From assembly GCA_963710755.1 (NCBI GenBank), contig CAVQBK010000006.1, positions 64,001 through 128,000 of the forward strand: a DNA stretch of 64,000 nucleotides. Direction: 5' to 3'. Shown piece after piece: positions 60,638 through 64,000 of the stretch. Numbering within the stretch: position 1 is the first letter of the stretch; every line of letters starts with the position of its first letter. The position numbers and the translations under genes are program-made. This DNA is from an uncultured bacterium (GTDB lineage Bacteria > Oederibacteriota > JAAXVQ01 > JAUVAV01). The notes beneath the pieces are model-generated. The model ran no database searches and was not told the DNA's origin. It was given only the letters and a program-made list of their open reading frames with translations.

Positions 60638-61759
60638 TCACCTCATCATCCGCCCTTGAATAAGCCAATCTTTTCCTACCGGAGTAATCGAACAAATGTC
60701 AACGCCCCTGGCGGCTTGGGGAGAGGCTGCACCCAAACCGGCCACCACGCTCAAGGCCTTGACACCACCCATGATTTTTGGTGCCATGAACCACATGATT
60801 TCATCAACCAAGTTTTGTGTCCCCTTGTCCTGCAAACCAAGAAATCCGGCTTGCAGTTGGGCGCCCCCTTCCACCATCACACAATAATTCCCCTCTTCAT
60901 ACAGCTTGCGCAGGGCTGCCACAAGATCCACCTGGTGGTGACCAGCCCGGCAGGTCCACAACGCCACGCCCTCATAGCCGGCCAAGGGATGATACTTGAC
61001 TGGCCGCGGGGTAATCACGGCTAAGGGAAAATCTTTGGCCGTTTTAACCAAACGGCTGTTACAAGGCAGGGGGCGTTGTCCTTCAATCACAACGCGCAAC
61101 GGCTGACGGCCGCTTTTGGGGTTGAGATGACGTACCGTCAATAAGGGATCGTCCACCAGGGCTGTACCGCCACCAATGATAACGGCCTGACAAAGACCTC
61201 GATGATAATGGGTTAACCGCCTGGCCGCCTGGCCGGTGATCCATTGGGAACAGCCATCCGCCGCCGCAATTTTCCCGTCCAAGGTCATTGCCGCCTTGCT
61301 GATCACATAGGGCAGACCGGTGGTGATGTTTTTAATGAATACCCGGTTCAACCGTCGGGCTTCCCGGGCCATCAATCCCGTTTTTACCACCAGTCCTGCC
61401 TGTCGACATTTTTTAAAACCCCTGCCCGCAACTTTGGGATTGGGATCTTTCATTGCCGCGATCACCGTTTTAATGCCTGCAGCAATAATGGCCTCGGCAC
61501 AAGGCGGCGTCTTGCCATGATGACTACAAGGCTCCAAGGTCACATACAGGGTAGCGCCTTTAGCCCTTGTCCCCGCTGTTCGTAAAGCATGGATTTCCGC
61601 ATGGGGCCCGCCCCAGCGTTTGTGCCATCCTTGCCCAATGATTTTACCTGCTTTGACAATAACCGCGCCTACCATAGGATTGGGCCAAGTCTGCCCTTCG
61701 GCCTTGGCAGCCAACCGCAGCGCCAGAGTCATGATATCCTGGTCTTGTTGTGTCCACAT
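60638..61759 (-). CDS. ribD: Riboflavin biosynthesis deaminase/reductase RibD
   Basis: PNPMVG, HAE, LEPC..PPC and VEGG motifs. Confidence 0.96.
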   Translation of the reverse strand: MWTQQDQDIMTLALRLAAKAEGQTWPNPMVGAVIVKAGKIIGQGWHKRWGGPHAEIHALRTAGTRAKGATLYVTLEPCSHHGKTPPCAEAIIAAGIKTVIAAMKDPNPKVAGRGFKKCRQAGLVVKTGLMAREARRLNRVFIKNITTGLPYVISKAAMTLDGKIAAADGCSQWITGQAARRLTHYHRGLCQAVIIGGGTALVDDPLLTVRHLNPKSGRQPLRVVIEGQRPLPCNSRLVKTAKDFPLAVITPRPVKYHPLAGYEGVALWTCRAGHHQVDLVAALRKLYEEGNYCVMVEGGAQLQAGFLGLQDKGTQNLVDEIMWFMAPKIMGGVKALSVVAGLGAASPQAARGVDICSITPVGKDWLIQGRMMR

Positions 61760-61796
61760 AAAAAAACACCCCAAAGGAGACCTTCGGGGTGTTTTA
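61760..61796 (-). terminator. Riboswitch expression-platform terminator
   Basis: AAAACACCCCGAAGG-TCT-CCTTTGGGGTGTTTTTTT. Confidence 0.75.
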
Positions 61797-61817
61797 AATT
61801 AACATAACTTGTCAATT

Positions 61818-61945
61818 AACCTTCTCTCATCCCGACTTTAACGGTCGGTTTCGGAATTTCACCGAATCAGTCTTCTTAACCTGCAAGAAGAGTCGCGGAC
61901 TTTGACCGCCGGTGGGGATTTGCACCCCGCCCCGAAGGTGATATT
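61818..61945 (-). ncRNA. FMN riboswitch (RFN element)
   Basis: CTTCGGGGCGGGGTGCAAATCCCCACCGGCGGT..AGTCCGCGA..GATTCGGTGAAATTCCGAAACCGAC.GTTAAAGTCGGGATGAGAGAAG upstream of ribD. Confidence 0.95.
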
Positions 61946-61957
61946 AATAATGATAAT

Positions 61958-62887
61958 TTATTTTCTTATTTTAAAAACTACTTTTTCCAAACGTGCTTTC
62001 TTAGGCACTACTTTAAACTGCTCGGTAGGGAATGTCAAGTTTTCCGCCAGCTTTTTCTGAATAATTTCACCTTTGTAACTGGCGTCATCAACATCCTTCC
62101 CATAACTTTCGATCAAAAGCGGGAATTTCTGGTAACCCATCAGGAGATCGGCGATTTCTTTCAAATACAGTTCGCCCTTTTTGCTAATGCCGGTACGACG
62201 GCCCTTCTTTTCAAATAGAGCATCATAAATCACACTGGCCAAAATTACATTATTCTTTTCATACATTAGTGATTCCAGCACAATGGGTTTGCCCATTTGG
62301 CTGGTGGGATTGGAGGCCACGTCCACAATGGAAAAAATATAAGAATAGGACGTCCCCACATCAATCATTTTACTCCTATCGTTGTTAAGACCATCCCACA
62401 CAATTTGCTGCGGCAGGCTGCCACTGCCTGAAAAATCCTTAAACACATTGCCAAACCCGTCGGTGATACGCAGACGCCATTTGGCGATGGCCACATGGCT
62501 TTTGTATTTAGGATTCAAAGTCAGGAAAGGGGCTGTTTTAAACAACTTAATATAAGGCGCTGCCGCTTCATCGCTATTTAGGGTTTTCGGCACGGATACA
62601 GCCGGTTGATCCAGAGAAGCAGGCGCCATATCGAGAATGCTGTTCTCGGTTTTAACATAATCCACGGCAATTTCATCCACATCAAACTTCAGATCCGGGT
62701 CAGGTTTCTCCGCCTTAACTTTTAAACGCAGCTTACCTTTGACCACCACTTCCTTGGAGGAATCCTCTTTCTGCGGCTTTTTTTCCGGTGGACCCGCCGG
62801 CTCATCGGCTGCATTTGCCGCCCATGGCAGAATAGTAGCCATGACCACCATGGCTGCCACGACGATCATTGAAAAACGTTTGACCAT
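61958..62887 (-). CDS. Exported protein with FlgD-Ig-like and degenerate OmpA-like domains
   Basis: Signal peptide; W.L.I.D..G..F.G.G.LP..I.WDG motif. Confidence 0.6.
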   Translation of the reverse strand: MVKRFSMIVVAAMVVMATILPWAANAADEPAGPPEKKPQKEDSSKEVVVKGKLRLKVKAEKPDPDLKFDVDEIAVDYVKTENSILDMAPASLDQPAVSVPKTLNSDEAAAPYIKLFKTAPFLTLNPKYKSHVAIAKWRLRITDGFGNVFKDFSGSGSLPQQIVWDGLNNDRSKMIDVGTSYSYIFSIVDVASNPTSQMGKPIVLESLMYEKNNVILASVIYDALFEKKGRRTGISKKGELYLKEIADLLMGYQKFPLLIESYGKDVDDASYKGEIIQKKLAENLTFPTEQFKVVPKKARLEKVVFKIRK

Positions 62888-62891
62888 TATC

Positions 62892-63926
62892 TCACCTCGA
62901 AAGTCTGAAATAAAATGCGATGGTGCCCTCTTGTTCCACCTGCCGCTCGCTGGGCATAAGAGGGGCGAATTTAAATCGTTTCAATGCTTCCATGGCAAGA
63001 TTGTCAATCTCACCGTAGCCGGAGCCTTGCTCCACATATAAGTTGTTTTTAACATCCCCGCTGGGCATTACAAACAAGTGGATACTAACGGTACATTCTA
63101 TTCCTTGTTCTTCTGCCCATCGCGGATAGCGGGGCATAAACATTTTCAACACTTTACGATTGGCAATTTCTCCAAAAACCTGAAACGTATTCTGTTCCCG
63201 GTTCATGGTCAGACCCGCACCGGAAAGGTCTACTTTTTTTTCGACTTTTTTCTTTTTGATGGTCGGCATGTCCATCAAAGAACCACCGCGGGTTTGTAAA
63301 TTGGCCCGTTTGGCAAACCGCTGAGTGTTGAGTACGGGCGCTTGGCGGGCAGAAGCAAAGGAACTTTTCTTGCCCAATTTGATACCCGTTGGTAAATTGG
63401 CGGTCTTTGCCAAAGAAGTATTTTTCTTATTCATTTGCAAAGGATTAATATCCATGCCCGCCGGCGCCCGAACCGCTTTTTTACCTACCAAATCAAGAGG
63501 CTGGTTAGCCATGGACGGCTTATCCAAGTCCTTTTTCGAACCTAATTTCAAGGCATCGGGCATTGCCGACAGTTTGGGGGCATCTGCTTTTTTCGGCAGC
63601 TCCATAGGCAGTTGTGATGCCAATTCAGGCGCCTTTTTCAAAGGAATAGCCTGTTTCAGAAAGTCCCAAACATTGGTTTCTTCTTTGGGCATGGGGATGG
63701 GCGGTGGTGGTGGTGCTTGTTCTTCCGGGATAGGAATAATTTGCTCCACCATAGTTATTTCGGTTAGCATTAAATCATTTTTGGCTTGTTGATGGCTGAA
63801 AAAAGCAATCAGGAACAAAATCGAGCCATGCAACAGCAAAGATGTAAGGCTGCCTTTAATCAAGCCGGGCGGGTCAAAATCACCGGCAAATTTACGGTCT
63901 TCTTCGATGATAATTCTAAAACTCAT
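62892..63926 (-). CDS. TonB family energy transducer
   Basis: SLLLH TM helix, Pro-rich linker, C-terminal PRYP..A..G..SG...D..A..F.P domain. Confidence 0.85.
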   Translation of the reverse strand: MSFRIIIEEDRKFAGDFDPPGLIKGSLTSLLLHGSILFLIAFFSHQQAKNDLMLTEITMVEQIIPIPEEQAPPPPPIPMPKEETNVWDFLKQAIPLKKAPELASQLPMELPKKADAPKLSAMPDALKLGSKKDLDKPSMANQPLDLVGKKAVRAPAGMDINPLQMNKKNTSLAKTANLPTGIKLGKKSSFASARQAPVLNTQRFAKRANLQTRGGSLMDMPTIKKKKVEKKVDLSGAGLTMNREQNTFQVFGEIANRKVLKMFMPRYPRWAEEQGIECTVSIHLFVMPSGDVKNNLYVEQGSGYGEIDNLAMEALKRFKFAPLMPSERQVEQEGTIAFYFRLSR

Positions 63927-63937
63927 GGTTGGCTTCC

Positions 63938-64000
63938 TTATTTTTTATGTTCGGTGGCGAACACCAGCTTTTTGGCGCCTAACTCTTTCGCTAAATCAAG
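63938..64000 (-). CDS. exbD: ExbD/TolR 3' end (partial)
   Basis: LDLAKELGAKKLVFATEHKK* directly upstream of tonB. Confidence 0.7.
   Translation of the reverse strand, partial: LDLAKELGAKKLVFATEHKK

Overview
A 64-kb chromosomal segment from a diderm, probably anaerobic bacterium. The FlgD-Ig/PorV-like/TPR protein repertoire suggests candidate division FCPU426 or a relative, but this is only an inference. Nearly all genes are on the minus strand. The left arm (1-23.7 kb) holds envelope proteins and housekeeping genes (punA, yggU/yggT/proC/yggS/pgeF, two orphan histidine kinases, ccdA, coaX, birA, nadC, valS). It also has an MtnA paralogue that has lost its catalytic residues and an unannotated 29-aa bS22-like gene. 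The centre (~24.0-40.7 kb) is a visibly AT-richer accessory island bracketed by a perfect 27-bp direct repeat. It carries the mercury-methylation pair hgcAB with a DUF134 regulator, a type I R-M operon with a type II Thoeris pair and a KilA-N gene inserted in it, Mrr and Kiwa. Its modules are separated by repeats and decayed REP-associated tyrosine transposase (RAYT) remnants, and most modules are bounded by GTCCCC...GGGGAC, giving an integrase-free, cassette-array-like layout. The right arm holds an MFS transporter, TPR proteins, uvrC/uvrB, cvpA, pheS, an rRNA methylase, rplT-rpmI-infC with an L20 leader, and an IS1182 element carrying a DUF559 nuclease. It ends with nusB, the FMN-riboswitch-controlled rib operon and tonB/exbD.
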